Shown here one piece after another: positions 27,166-35,870 of a stretch of 44,121 nt of DNA. Every line of letters begins with the position of its first letter. Position 1 is the stretch's first letter. The stretch covers positions 1-44,121 of IMG/VR virus record IMGVR_UViG_3300033067_000707. The stretch is one strand, 5' to 3'. The translations under genes and the position numbers were made by a program. The notes under the pieces are model-generated. The model worked only from the letters and a program-made list of their open reading frames with translations, was not told where the DNA came from and made no database searches. The DNA comes from a virus (taxonomy: Duplodnaviria > Caudoviricetes).

Positions 27166-29016
27166 CTAGCGGTTCAGCGCCAGGGCAGTACCCTGAGTCT
27201 GTGCCGCCTTAATCATCATGAGCGCAAGGGCGTCGGGCCCTTCCGTCTTGATAAGGTTGTGAAGCTCGACGCGGAGCTCCTCCTCATTGTTGAACCGCTT
27301 GCCCATGAAGTTGACATCGCCCCCACGGAAAGCAATGTTCTGCGGGGCGCGCGGCAGCGGAGTGTCGGCGATTTCCTGGACACGCTTGGCCAGTTCCTCG
27401 ACCTTCTCAATGGCCTCGCCGGCGACCTTGCGGAGGTCGGCGTTTTCAGCCTCGAGCGCATCGAAGCGCTTCTGCATCGGCGGGGACAGTTCGTCCGACG
27501 CTTCAACTTCAGCACCGAAGAAGCCCACAGACTTCGCCAGCTTCTCGATGTTCTCGACCGCAGCGTCCTTGAGCGGCTCGACTGCTTCGATCATTTCGAC
27601 CACGTGCTTGGCAAGGTCATTGCCTTCACCGGCCGCATGATAGTAGTAGTCGTAGGCGCAACGCGGCGACAGGTCAGTGTCGAGACCCGCGACGAGCTCG
27701 GCCACCTGGTTCTTGGCGTAGTCCATGAAGCTATCGCCGAACGTGGACAGCTGACCCTGCAGCGTCTTCCACACTGCCTGATCTTCGCTGTCGCCTTCGA
27801 GCGTCCCTTCAGCCTTGACGGTACGAGCGAGGTCGGCCATCTCACCGATCATCTTCGCGAAGCGGGAAACGGTATACATACCCTTTTCCATCTTCGGCGA
27901 GCCGTCGGCTTCACGGGGCTGCTCGAGTTCGGCAACGGCCTTGTGGAGGTCGTCGAGGCGTTCAACCGAGAAGATCGAAGCCGGTTCGGCTTCTTCCTTC
28001 GGTTCGGTGGCCTTGGCGAGACGTTCGCGCAGCTTGTCGGCTTCGCTCGGTTCCACAGCAGCAGCCTTGGCGAGGTCGACCTCATGGGCTTCCGCGTCCG
28101 ACTTCTTCTCGAACGTCGAACCGTCGCTGGCGGTCCAGACCTGACGGATCCCCGGCGGGGTCACCTTCACGGTCTTTTCGGCAGCTTCTTCTTCGGCGTT
28201 ATCGGAGTCGCCTTCAGCGGCTTCCTCTTCTTCGTCGTCGCTTCCTTCTTTCTTCTTGCTCGGCTTCTTGGCGTCCTTTCCGTCATCGCCTTCTTCGCCC
28301 TTCTTGGCCGCAGCCTTGATGAGTTCGTTCCGAGCAGCCTCGACGTGCTGCATCCAGGTGGTGCCGTCGGCGGCGTCCTTGGCCATCTGTTCGGCCTTGG
28401 CAACCACGTCGTCATTCGAAGGCTCGAGGCCCGGGATGACCGGTTCGTCTTCGGCGGCGGCTTCTTCCGCTTCACCGTCGGCCTTGGCGAGGTCTTCAGC
28501 CGCCTTGAACTTCACGAGCTCTTCGGCGCCGTCGGCCTTGACGCAGGTGAACGTGGCCGACTTGACGCAGGGGTTGTCAACCAGGCTGACTTCGTTCGGC
28601 ACGGCGGTGAACTTCTGGACGACATTATCGCCCACCTTGTCCTTCCACTTCTTGCCGTAACGACCGCCCACACTGAAGCCGGTGTAGCAGCCTTCGAGGA
28701 CCTTGTTCCATTCGGCCTCATCGACGACCTTGGCGCAGACCTCGATGGACTGCGACTCGTCATCGAAAGCGATGTCGGTCAGCTTGCCGGCAACCTGCAG
28801 GCCGTGCATCACGCGAAGGTTGCCCTTCGAGAGACCGCCCGAGGCTTCCTCGATCTGCGACGACCACTTCTCGAAGTTCGGCTTGGACGTTTCATAGTCC
28901 ATGACCTCACCCGACTGGTCGACTTCTTCTGCGGTGATACGACCGAAGACGAGGCGCTGTTCCTCGTCCACCTTCGTCAGCGGGACGAACACCCGCGGCG
29001 CCTTCGCCTTACTCAT
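27166..29016 (-). CDS. Prohead protease (XkdF-like) fused to acidic scaffold
   Basis: KVDEEQRLVFG, NLRVMH, YTGFSVGG, EVSLVDNP. Confidence 0.85.
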   Translation of the reverse strand: MSKAKAPRVFVPLTKVDEEQRLVFGRITAEEVDQSGEVMDYETSKPNFEKWSSQIEEASGGLSKGNLRVMHGLQVAGKLTDIAFDDESQSIEVCAKVVDEAEWNKVLEGCYTGFSVGGRYGKKWKDKVGDNVVQKFTAVPNEVSLVDNPCVKSATFTCVKADGAEELVKFKAAEDLAKADGEAEEAAAEDEPVIPGLEPSNDDVVAKAEQMAKDAADGTTWMQHVEAARNELIKAAAKKGEEGDDGKDAKKPSKKKEGSDDEEEEAAEGDSDNAEEEAAEKTVKVTPPGIRQVWTASDGSTFEKKSDAEAHEVDLAKAAAVEPSEADKLRERLAKATEPKEEAEPASIFSVERLDDLHKAVAELEQPREADGSPKMEKGMYTVSRFAKMIGEMADLARTVKAEGTLEGDSEDQAVWKTLQGQLSTFGDSFMDYAKNQVAELVAGLDTDLSPRCAYDYYYHAAGEGNDLAKHVVEMIEAVEPLKDAAVENIEKLAKSVGFFGAEVEASDELSPPMQKRFDALEAENADLRKVAGEAIEKVEELAKRVQEIADTPLPRAPQNIAFRGGDVNFMGKRFNNEEELRVELHNLIKTEGPDALALMMIKAAQTQGTALALNR

Positions 29017-30619
29017 GGTTCAGTTGCTCCTTGCTCATCTTACGGAGGTAGTCAGCCAAAGCTTCCTCATCACCGCTGGCAATCAGCGACTCGAGGGTCT
29101 TGGTCACCGAGTCTTCCCGAAGGACTTTGCTCGGATCTTTCGGTCGTCCCGCCACAGGCTGCTTCTTGGCGGGATTTCCATTCGGGTCAACCTGCTGCTG
29201 TTCCTGCTGCTGACGAGCGACGGCGGAGTTACCGCTGAAGTCCGTGTTGGGATCATGGTCACCCTGAGCTTCAGCAGTCAGCGTCAACGGCGCAAGACCG
29301 TTCGAGGTCTGGAACATCGGCGCATCGAAGCGCGGATCTTCATAAGGCTCACGACCGTTTGCGACTCGGCCTTCATTCAGCGTGAGCAGGCCGGCCTTGA
29401 CATCGCTTTCCGTGATCTGCTGACGCTTGAGCGGGTCAAGCTCATCGTCACCCCGCCACACAAACTCGTAGTCGGCAGCATCGAAGTCCTCGGCCAGGAT
29501 CGTATCGACCAGCGACTTGACCCACGACTGGATCGGAGCAAGGCCGGTAGCAACAGCTTCACGCTGAGACGAGTCCGCAGTAGCGCGGTTCATCATCGCC
29601 ATGAAGGGCTGCGGGCTGATGCTGAAGGCGAAGCAGCAGACTCGTGCGAGCCATTCTTCAGCCTTGCCGAACAGCTCAGTTTCCTGCGTCGGAATGTAAG
29701 TCTTGCCGACAGCATTGGGAACGAAACGAGCCCGGCGGCGTTCAGCGAGATTGCCGGCCAGTATATTGTCGAACCATTCCTGGAACGTGCGGATCTGGTC
29801 AGGCGTCCAGGTCTCAGGCACACCGATCAGCGCCGGCGGCATATTGCCTTCGGTGAAGAAGTTGAGCTGGAAGATCTGACGACGGAGACCAATGTTAATG
29901 GTCATGAGGATCTGCTCGACCGGCGAGTAACCGTAGATCTTGTGGATCCGGACGTTACGCGGACGGTAAAGGATTTCCTTCTTCGTGTAGTCCACAGCAG
30001 GCATCCCCTTCAGGATCTGCTGATAGGCGATTTCATTGTCGCCCTCGGGAGTCCGGCCCCAGTCGTCCAGGACGCGGCGGATCGTGGACCCATCGATGGG
30101 ATCGAGGGCAATCAGCTTACCCCCGCGAGTGCGACGGCGATGGATCGTCGGAGCATCGACCACAAAGAGGTCTTCGAGCAGCATACGGAGCCAGGTGCTC
30201 CAGTCATGCTCGCCGTCGGGCTTCATGAAGAACTTGGTGATCTCCTTGATCTTGTTCTTCTTCTGCGGCGTCAGACGTTCCCGCCCATCGCGCAGCTGAA
30301 TGACCCACCGCAAACGCTCCATGGCATCCTTGCGAGTCTCAATGATGAGACGCAGCAAGTCATAGCTGTCAGCGAACGCCCGGAGGGTCTGGTAAGTGAC
30401 CGGCTCATAGGCGCGAGTGGTGGTAAGGAGGTTGACGCCTTGGGGGAAGTCGAACGAACGACCTGCCACTTCTTCCGGCGCCTGTGGGGTCATCGGCCGA
30501 CCAGGACCGAACCAGCCAGCACCAGAACCATCGGTGCCATAGGTGACGCCGACTTGATAGTTCTGGGGGTTCAATGCGATCTGACGACCCCCACCAGCTG
30601 CGGCGCGTTGACTAGCCAT
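29009..30619 (-). CDS. Portal protein
   Basis: LEDLFVVDA, PIDGSTI, YGYSPVEQ, FTEGNMP, LTLNEGR. Confidence 0.9.
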   Translation of the reverse strand: MASQRAAAGGGRQIALNPQNYQVGVTYGTDGSGAGWFGPGRPMTPQAPEEVAGRSFDFPQGVNLLTTTRAYEPVTYQTLRAFADSYDLLRLIIETRKDAMERLRWVIQLRDGRERLTPQKKNKIKEITKFFMKPDGEHDWSTWLRMLLEDLFVVDAPTIHRRRTRGGKLIALDPIDGSTIRRVLDDWGRTPEGDNEIAYQQILKGMPAVDYTKKEILYRPRNVRIHKIYGYSPVEQILMTINIGLRRQIFQLNFFTEGNMPPALIGVPETWTPDQIRTFQEWFDNILAGNLAERRRARFVPNAVGKTYIPTQETELFGKAEEWLARVCCFAFSISPQPFMAMMNRATADSSQREAVATGLAPIQSWVKSLVDTILAEDFDAADYEFVWRGDDELDPLKRQQITESDVKAGLLTLNEGRVANGREPYEDPRFDAPMFQTSNGLAPLTLTAEAQGDHDPNTDFSGNSAVARQQQEQQQVDPNGNPAKKQPVAGRPKDPSKVLREDSVTKTLESLIASGDEEALADYLRKMSKEQLNHE

Positions 30620-32321
30620 TTACCGTCGAGTCCCCATTGATGGCTTCGGCGAAAAACCTACGAAAACCGGCGCTTTCAAGTCCCTTCACGTCATCCTCCT
30701 TAACGTGGAAAAGCCCGTCGGCGTCGACCAAGTACTTGTCACCGTTCTTACCGAATGCCGTATTTATACCCATTGGTCCTTGAAGAGAAACGATAGCACT
30801 GGGCAAGGCCTTGACGTTACCCGACAGCCGATCACCGATCTGCTTAGCTTCTTGCCTGTAGTAATCCATCAGCCCTTCGTAAGCGATGGACCCCACCATG
30901 AGCTCAGTAACGCCCCACACCAGGGCGTCCATCCGGTCAGGCGAATACCCCATTGAGCCATCGGGAGTGTACTCGCACAGCTGATCTTCGAGCTCGGGGA
31001 AGTAGCCCACATGGTGAACCTTCTTCTGCTCATAAAGCTGAGATACTGGCTCGGCTCGAACGTACTTGCCGCGCGTAGCATGAACGGCCTTGAGCGGAAC
31101 GAAGTCCGCGGTACGAAGCCCCTCCTCCTTAAGTGATCGAGCTGCAGCACGGAGGACGGCAGCAACCATTTCACCGCCTTGGTTGGCTTCATAGACGATC
31201 ATGTCTGCCGCCCATTCATCCAAGCCGATAACGGCAGCCCGTCCCCACTCCTCCGGCGACCCGTTGAGTGAAAGGTCCTCAAGCAGGTAGCCGTGACCGT
31301 TGGAGTCCTTGCCCACAACCATGATGCCGGTTTCCGCAGCAGCCTCGCCGACTTCCTTCGCGGGGTCGACCGAGACAACAATGCGCTCGAAGTGAGGAAG
31401 AGCAATCGGCGTCTGGCTATCCACAGGGCGGATGCGGGCCTCATCGATCATCGGGCGAGACCAAAGAGCACCCGGTACATCATCCAGGATTTCTGCGTTC
31501 AGCTCCTGTCGACCAATACGAGTGCCCTCATACTTCTCGATAACGGCCTTGACGAACGGGGGCGCAAGGTTGACCAGGTTCTCTCGCGTGTTGCCCTTTG
31601 TAATCGCGGTATCACTACGGAGGATAATATCCTTGAGGAGTCGGATCGGACGCGGAGTCGTCGTGACAATGACTCGAGGATGATCGCCCAAGCGAAGGCC
31701 AAACATAAGATTGTCCCAGGCTTCCTGAGCATAGCGCCACTTACAAAGCTCGTCACACCAGGCTCCATCGAACTGAGGACCACGCAGCGAGTCATAGTCC
31801 TCGGCCGAGAATAGCGTTGCTTGTGCGCCGTTCGGCCAGGTCAGTCGCCGCTTTGAAGGTTCGTACTTGGGGCGGAAATCTCGGGGTGAGCAGGCCATGA
31901 TGCCCGACTCACCTTCAACCATAACGTCTCGGGCGTCGGCGCTATCCTCTGCAATCAGCGCGATACGCTTGCAGTGACCTTCCTTCGCCCACTTGATAAC
32001 TGTCTCGGCGCCGCAACGGGTCTTACCGAAACCGCGACCGGCGAGAATGAGCCAGATGGTCCAGAACTCGCCGTTGGGAAGAACACGCTCGGGCTCAAGC
32101 TGATTAGGCCGAGCCCACAGTTCCCAAGTGTGCAGAAGGTCGTCCGCTTCTTCATCCGTTAGATCCTCGAGCTTTGATAGGTCGAGGGTCTTCAGGTGAT
32201 GGTTACGCAGAAGCTTCCCGTCGATTGCCTCCTGCAACTGCTCGGCGCTTCCTTCCCCGCTCAGGAATATCTCCAGGGGCCGGGAGGAGTGCTTGGGGTT
32301 CGTCCTCGGGTTCGGCTCCAT
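30612..32321 (-). CDS. terL: Terminase large subunit (start uncertain)
   Basis: LAGRGFGKT, LRGPQFDGAWCDE, TTTP, VSVDPA, SPDRMDA. Confidence 0.95.
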   Translation of the reverse strand: MEPNPRTNPKHSSRPLEIFLSGEGSAEQLQEAIDGKLLRNHHLKTLDLSKLEDLTDEEADDLLHTWELWARPNQLEPERVLPNGEFWTIWLILAGRGFGKTRCGAETVIKWAKEGHCKRIALIAEDSADARDVMVEGESGIMACSPRDFRPKYEPSKRRLTWPNGAQATLFSAEDYDSLRGPQFDGAWCDELCKWRYAQEAWDNLMFGLRLGDHPRVIVTTTPRPIRLLKDIILRSDTAITKGNTRENLVNLAPPFVKAVIEKYEGTRIGRQELNAEILDDVPGALWSRPMIDEARIRPVDSQTPIALPHFERIVVSVDPAKEVGEAAAETGIMVVGKDSNGHGYLLEDLSLNGSPEEWGRAAVIGLDEWAADMIVYEANQGGEMVAAVLRAAARSLKEEGLRTADFVPLKAVHATRGKYVRAEPVSQLYEQKKVHHVGYFPELEDQLCEYTPDGSMGYSPDRMDALVWGVTELMVGSIAYEGLMDYYRQEAKQIGDRLSGNVKALPSAIVSLQGPMGINTAFGKNGDKYLVDADGLFHVKEDDVKGLESAGFRRFFAEAINGDSTVNG

Positions 32322-32742
32322 CCGCCGACGGAGGTAGCGCCTGCCCCTCCTCACCTGGTCCTCCGAGAACCTGACCCGCAGCCTGGAGCCGCGCAATACG
32401 ATTGAGTAGCTTTGCTTTCGCGCCTTCAACATTGATCTGTCCGCTCAGTTCGAGTTTACCACCACGGTCATACTTCTCAGGACGGCGAGCCTTGAGGATC
32501 ATCGCCATCAGGGGGTCTGACTTTTTCAGGGCTCGTTCGGTTGCCGCGTCCTCGATGAAGTCGGTACCCTGCTCAATTGCATCATCCCAATCCGCAGCGA
32601 AGTCGGGGTCGGTCTCTCGCCACCGCCGAAAGTTCTGGGTGGTTCCTCCCGCAGCGTGAGCTGCAAACGAGATGGAGGATCCCACGGCCAGCTGGTCCAA
32701 GAAGATCTTTCGTCGTTTGAAAGTGCGGACGAATTGGGACAT
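32203..32742 (-). CDS. terS: Terminase small subunit
   Basis: FLDQLAVG..AAHAAG..WRETDPDFAADWDDA..ILKARRPEKY; upstream of TerL. Confidence 0.85.
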   Translation of the reverse strand: MSQFVRTFKRRKIFLDQLAVGSSISFAAHAAGGTTQNFRRWRETDPDFAADWDDAIEQGTDFIEDAATERALKKSDPLMAMILKARRPEKYDRGGKLELSGQINVEGAKAKLLNRIARLQAAGQVLGGPGEEGQALPPSADGAEPEDEPQALLPAPGDIPERGRKRRAVAGGNRREASA

Positions 32743-32748
32743 GGTCAG

Positions 32749-32777
32749 TTGCTTCCGGGTTGCATTGAACGTATGAT
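32749..32777 (+). promoter_or_regulatory. sigma70-type promoter
   Basis: TTGCTT-N17-TATGAT, divergent from terS. Confidence 0.65.
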
Positions 32778-32810
32778 GTAACCGATCCCACTCATAGGAG
32801 CATATCGATC

Positions 32811-33482
32811 ATGGCAAGAAAATCCCATAGGAACGATGAAGAGAAATCGAAGGATCGCCGCGGGCCATTGGAGTACCCCTACGTTGTCTATGCCTCATAT
32901 AACCCAGGCGAGACCTACGAAACAATGCGATGGCTGATCCTGAAGTTCATGGATGCGCAGTCCGCTCGCGGCCATATCAATGCCTTGATCGGCAATGACG
33001 AGTGGGAGTTCGGTGTCACAACGGTCCTCGAATATCCCAGTGTTATCACGTCTCGAGGCGTTCAGATCACGTTCCGCAATCAGGCGATGCTCGATGAGGT
33101 GATGGCGCTCGATTATGACGAGCAGCGCATGACTTCCGATGTCTCCTACTTCAAGTTCCGAAAGGTCGATGAACGCCGTGCTCCCACAGAGGACGAGGAT
33201 GACGACCTGCCGAAGGCAGCGAAGGCCGCTCGTGCATCGCGCGCTGAGAAGCGTGAGCCTCGCGAACCGAAAGCGCCGAAGGAAAAGGTTGACCGCTCGG
33301 GCATGGTGTCTGCCAATGACATCGCCGCCGAGCTCAAGGTTGAGGGTCGCGAGGTTCGAGCAGTCCTCCGCGCGATGAAACTCGAGAAACCTGCCGGCGG
33401 TTGGTGGTTCGACAAGAAGACTGCTGAAGAGATCCGTGACAAGGTTCGCAAGGGCCTCAAGGAAAAGGCGAAGAAGAAATGA
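32811..33482 (+). CDS. Hypothetical protein with C-terminal HTH similar to 5250-5624
   Basis: AGGAG RBS; VSANDIAAELKVEGREVRAVLR..EKP..W. Confidence 0.6.
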   Translation: MARKSHRNDEEKSKDRRGPLEYPYVVYASYNPGETYETMRWLILKFMDAQSARGHINALIGNDEWEFGVTTVLEYPSVITSRGVQITFRNQAMLDEVMALDYDEQRMTSDVSYFKFRKVDERRAPTEDEDDDLPKAAKAARASRAEKREPREPKAPKEKVDRSGMVSANDIAAELKVEGREVRAVLRAMKLEKPAGGWWFDKKTAEEIRDKVRKGLKEKAKKK

Positions 33483-33922
33483 CTTACCGTGTCTTCGATG
33501 ACTACCTGCAGCTCCGTCAGTTTATCCAAGCGGGAAAGGCCAAGATCACCATCAAGTCAAAGAAGACCGGCAAGCACTTTACGTACCAGATCCAAGAAAG
33601 CCGGGATGGTCGGTGGTTCGTAAGAACCCTGACCTCCGGCGAGGATCCCTGGCTCTACCTCGGCACCATATGGTCCAATCGCCGCTTCGGCTTCACGAAG
33701 GCAAGCCCACACAATGCTCAGCAGCTTGAGGCCTACAAGGCTTTCGACTGGCTGTGGTCGCATGAGCTCTGCTACAAGTTCCGCATACATGACAGCCTCG
33801 AGGTGTATCATGAAGGCGAGTGCGGAATGTGCGGTGGGCCGCTTACCAACCCCGACTCCATTGAACGCGGCTATGGTCCAGACTGCTGGAAAAAGCGTAT
33901 TAAGATGGGTTACGTTAAGTGA
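33479..33922 (+). CDS. DUF6011 zinc-ribbon protein
   Basis: HEGECGMCGGPLTNPDSIERGYGPDC. Confidence 0.8.
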   Translation: MTYRVFDDYLQLRQFIQAGKAKITIKSKKTGKHFTYQIQESRDGRWFVRTLTSGEDPWLYLGTIWSNRRFGFTKASPHNAQQLEAYKAFDWLWSHELCYKFRIHDSLEVYHEGECGMCGGPLTNPDSIERGYGPDCWKKRIKMGYVK

Positions 33923-33928
33923 TATGAT
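33900..33928 (+). promoter_or_regulatory. Possible promoter giving a leaderless transcript
   Basis: TTAAGA-N17-TATGAT, with ATG 33935 six nt after the -10 box. Confidence 0.45.
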
Positions 33929-33934
33929 CGAAGC

Positions 33935-34441
33935 ATGAACATTTTTGCTGTCTCCCGCCATCCCCGCATCTGCGCGAAAGCGCTCGATGACAAGCGCCTC
34001 AATAAGATGATCCTTGAGACCGCTCAGATTATTTGCACGGTCATCAATAAGACCGAAGGCTCGCAGGTCACGCGCTACCGCAGCAGTCACGTCAATCATC
34101 CTGCGACAATATGGGCTGAGACGTTGCCGAGCGCGTTGCCTTGGTTGTATGCGCTAGGCATCGCATACGGCGAGGAAATCACGTACCGCAGAGGAACGAC
34201 ACACTCCTGCCACACAATGTTGCTTGAGCTCGCTGAGCAATATCCTTGGCTGAGGCGTTATCGCGCGCTGCGTGAGGATCAGCTATTTAATGGCGCTCGT
34301 CATAAGGGGCTCGGCCTCGACTTCACCTACCTGCCGACCACACAGGCCTATCGCGCCTATCTGTGTATGCGTTGGCCGGATGACAAGCGAACGCCTGTCT
34401 GGACGAAGCGCCGTCCTCCCCGTTGGTACTTCAACAGCTAA
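33935..34441 (+). CDS. Pyrimidine-dimer DNA glycosylase/endonuclease V-like protein
   Basis: MNIF..A.ALDDKRLNKMILETAQ..HVNHP..W..WTKRRPPRW. Confidence 0.8.
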   Translation: MNIFAVSRHPRICAKALDDKRLNKMILETAQIICTVINKTEGSQVTRYRSSHVNHPATIWAETLPSALPWLYALGIAYGEEITYRRGTTHSCHTMLLELAEQYPWLRRYRALREDQLFNGARHKGLGLDFTYLPTTQAYRAYLCMRWPDDKRTPVWTKRRPPRWYFNS

Positions 34442-34476
34442 AAGAAAAGACCGCCGGAGTTTCCCCCGACGGCCTT
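34441..34476 (-). terminator. Intrinsic terminator between convergent genes
   Basis: Minus strand AAGGCCGTCGGGGGAAACTCCGGCGGTCTTTTCTTT: G+C stem followed by a T run. Confidence 0.75.
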
Positions 34477-34493
34477 CCCCCGTGACGAACTGG

Positions 34494-34784
34494 TCAGAGC
34501 TGACCGGGCGGCGTGTAGCTTCCCGAAGCGTCGGTCTGCATCCCGCTCATCGCGGCATCATGCGAACCATGGGCAACGGCGGCCGGCAGCTCTTCAGCTT
34601 CTTCGGCCTCGTCTTCCACAGGCGCTTCGTCGGCGGTGTCGTCTTCGCCGTCTTCAGCCTGGTCGTGGGTGTTGGGATCCTCGGGACCTTCGGCCTGCTC
34701 GGCTTCAGCCTGTTCAGCTTCCTGCTGTTCAGCAGCAGCTTCAGCCTGTTCGGCTTCTTCCTGGTTCTGTTCGTTGTCAGACAT
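34494..34784 (-). CDS. Small, very acidic Glu/Ala/Gln-rich protein
   Basis: AGGAG RBS, own promoter and terminator; EAEQA repeats. Confidence 0.7.
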   Translation of the reverse strand: MSDNEQNQEEAEQAEAAAEQQEAEQAEAEQAEGPEDPNTHDQAEDGEDDTADEAPVEDEAEEAEELPAAVAHGSHDAAMSGMQTDASGSYTPPGQL

Positions 34785-34821
34785 GGTCTTCTCCTGTGCT
34801 CGAGCTCATTGAGCGAGCGAC

Positions 34822-34850
34822 ATCATATGAGGAGAACCAGCCAGTGTCAA
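34822..34850 (-). promoter_or_regulatory. sigma70-type promoter
   Basis: TTGACA-N17-TATGAT on the minus strand. Confidence 0.8.
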
Positions 34851-34986
34851 TGGGTGGAACATGGGCGGGATCGTCGGTGCAATCAGGTGTCACGCCTGAT
34901 GAAGGGTTAGTGCGGCGGTGATCGATGCACGAGCTCTTCCACCCATGTTCCGAGCATCGTTCTATCGGGGGACCTGCGAAGAGAAG

Positions 34987-35316
34987 TCACTTACGCGGGT
35001 CGGTGGGGTTATGGAGTATTACCATGAGCGTATCGAGCAGCGGACGCCAGCTGCGGCGCTCCATGAACTGGACCACTTCATTGGTCGAGACAGCGAGGAT
35101 GGCAGTCGTGAGAGCACGAAGATCCGTGTCCACTATGCCGAGCTTCTTTGTGAGTACCGCCGCTGATAGGCCCACCAAGCCCAGTTGCATGAGGTAACCG
35201 ATGGCTTGAAAAAGAGTGGGCATTCTTCCCTCCGCGACTAGTCGACCGAAGTGAGCCAGTGACCCCACTACTAGACCGCTCAGGATTGCCCCGTATTCCT
35301 GAATGAAGTCGCGCAT
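34987..35316 (-). CDS. Three-TM holin-like membrane protein
   Basis: 109 aa with three hydrophobic segments and a basic C-terminal region. Confidence 0.55.
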   Translation of the reverse strand: MRDFIQEYGAILSGLVVGSLAHFGRLVAEGRMPTLFQAIGYLMQLGLVGLSAAVLTKKLGIVDTDLRALTTAILAVSTNEVVQFMERRSWRPLLDTLMVILHNPTDPRK

Positions 35317-35546
35317 AGTGGGTAGTTCCCTCGTACTGATATTGGCCTTCGTTATAGCGCGCGAAAGTTAACGGATTATATATGGATGGTGGGGTCGAAA
35401 AATCGACGTTCTTAGGTCGTTTCGTGTTGTTTTGCGTATCATGACGCATCGAACGACGAAAAACGCGCCTTGGGCGCATCCAGCGCGACAATTCACGCGC
35501 CTTAGGACGTGATCGCAACGCACAATTGCGCGCGCTGCGTTCAACG

Positions 35547-35867
35547 TCACAAATCGACCTGTAGATGCCTGTATGAACGAAGTGCCACAATCAAAGGCGA
35601 GACGTATTGCTCGAACGTTGAGGCGTCGGGCACAACCACGAGGCCACCCAACTGAAACTCAAATAAAGTACGCCTGCCACACCACAGGCCGAGATAGGTG
35701 ATCTGTGTATCGGGGAGGAAGTGGTGGGTCAGGGCCGGCGAGGGCCGCTCGAAGGACAATTCGAAGACAGGCTTCGGGCTTTTCAAGATATAGCCCTTAA
35801 CCCATCCACCCCGGAATTCGGTTACGCCAGCTATATTGCGAAGTCGAGAGTGGATGGGATGGTACAT
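35547..35867 (-). CDS. Hypothetical protein
   Basis: ORF tightly packed in the minus-strand gene run. Confidence 0.5.
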   Translation of the reverse strand: MYHPIHSRLRNIAGVTEFRGGWVKGYILKSPKPVFELSFERPSPALTHHFLPDTQITYLGLWCGRRTLFEFQLGGLVVVPDASTFEQYVSPLIVALRSYRHLQVDL

Positions 35868-35870
35868 AGG

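Noticed and set aside
25481-30640. Chain of three long + strand ORFs (562, 692, 579 aa) opposite capsid, scaffold and portal
   Set aside because: Antisense shadows of strongly codon-biased genes; no domains recognised
33900-33920. Possible CtrA box (two TTAA half-sites), and similar half-sites near 5856, 35368 and 39263
   Set aside because: Spacing does not match TTAA-N7-TTAA (N11 here; single half-sites elsewhere)
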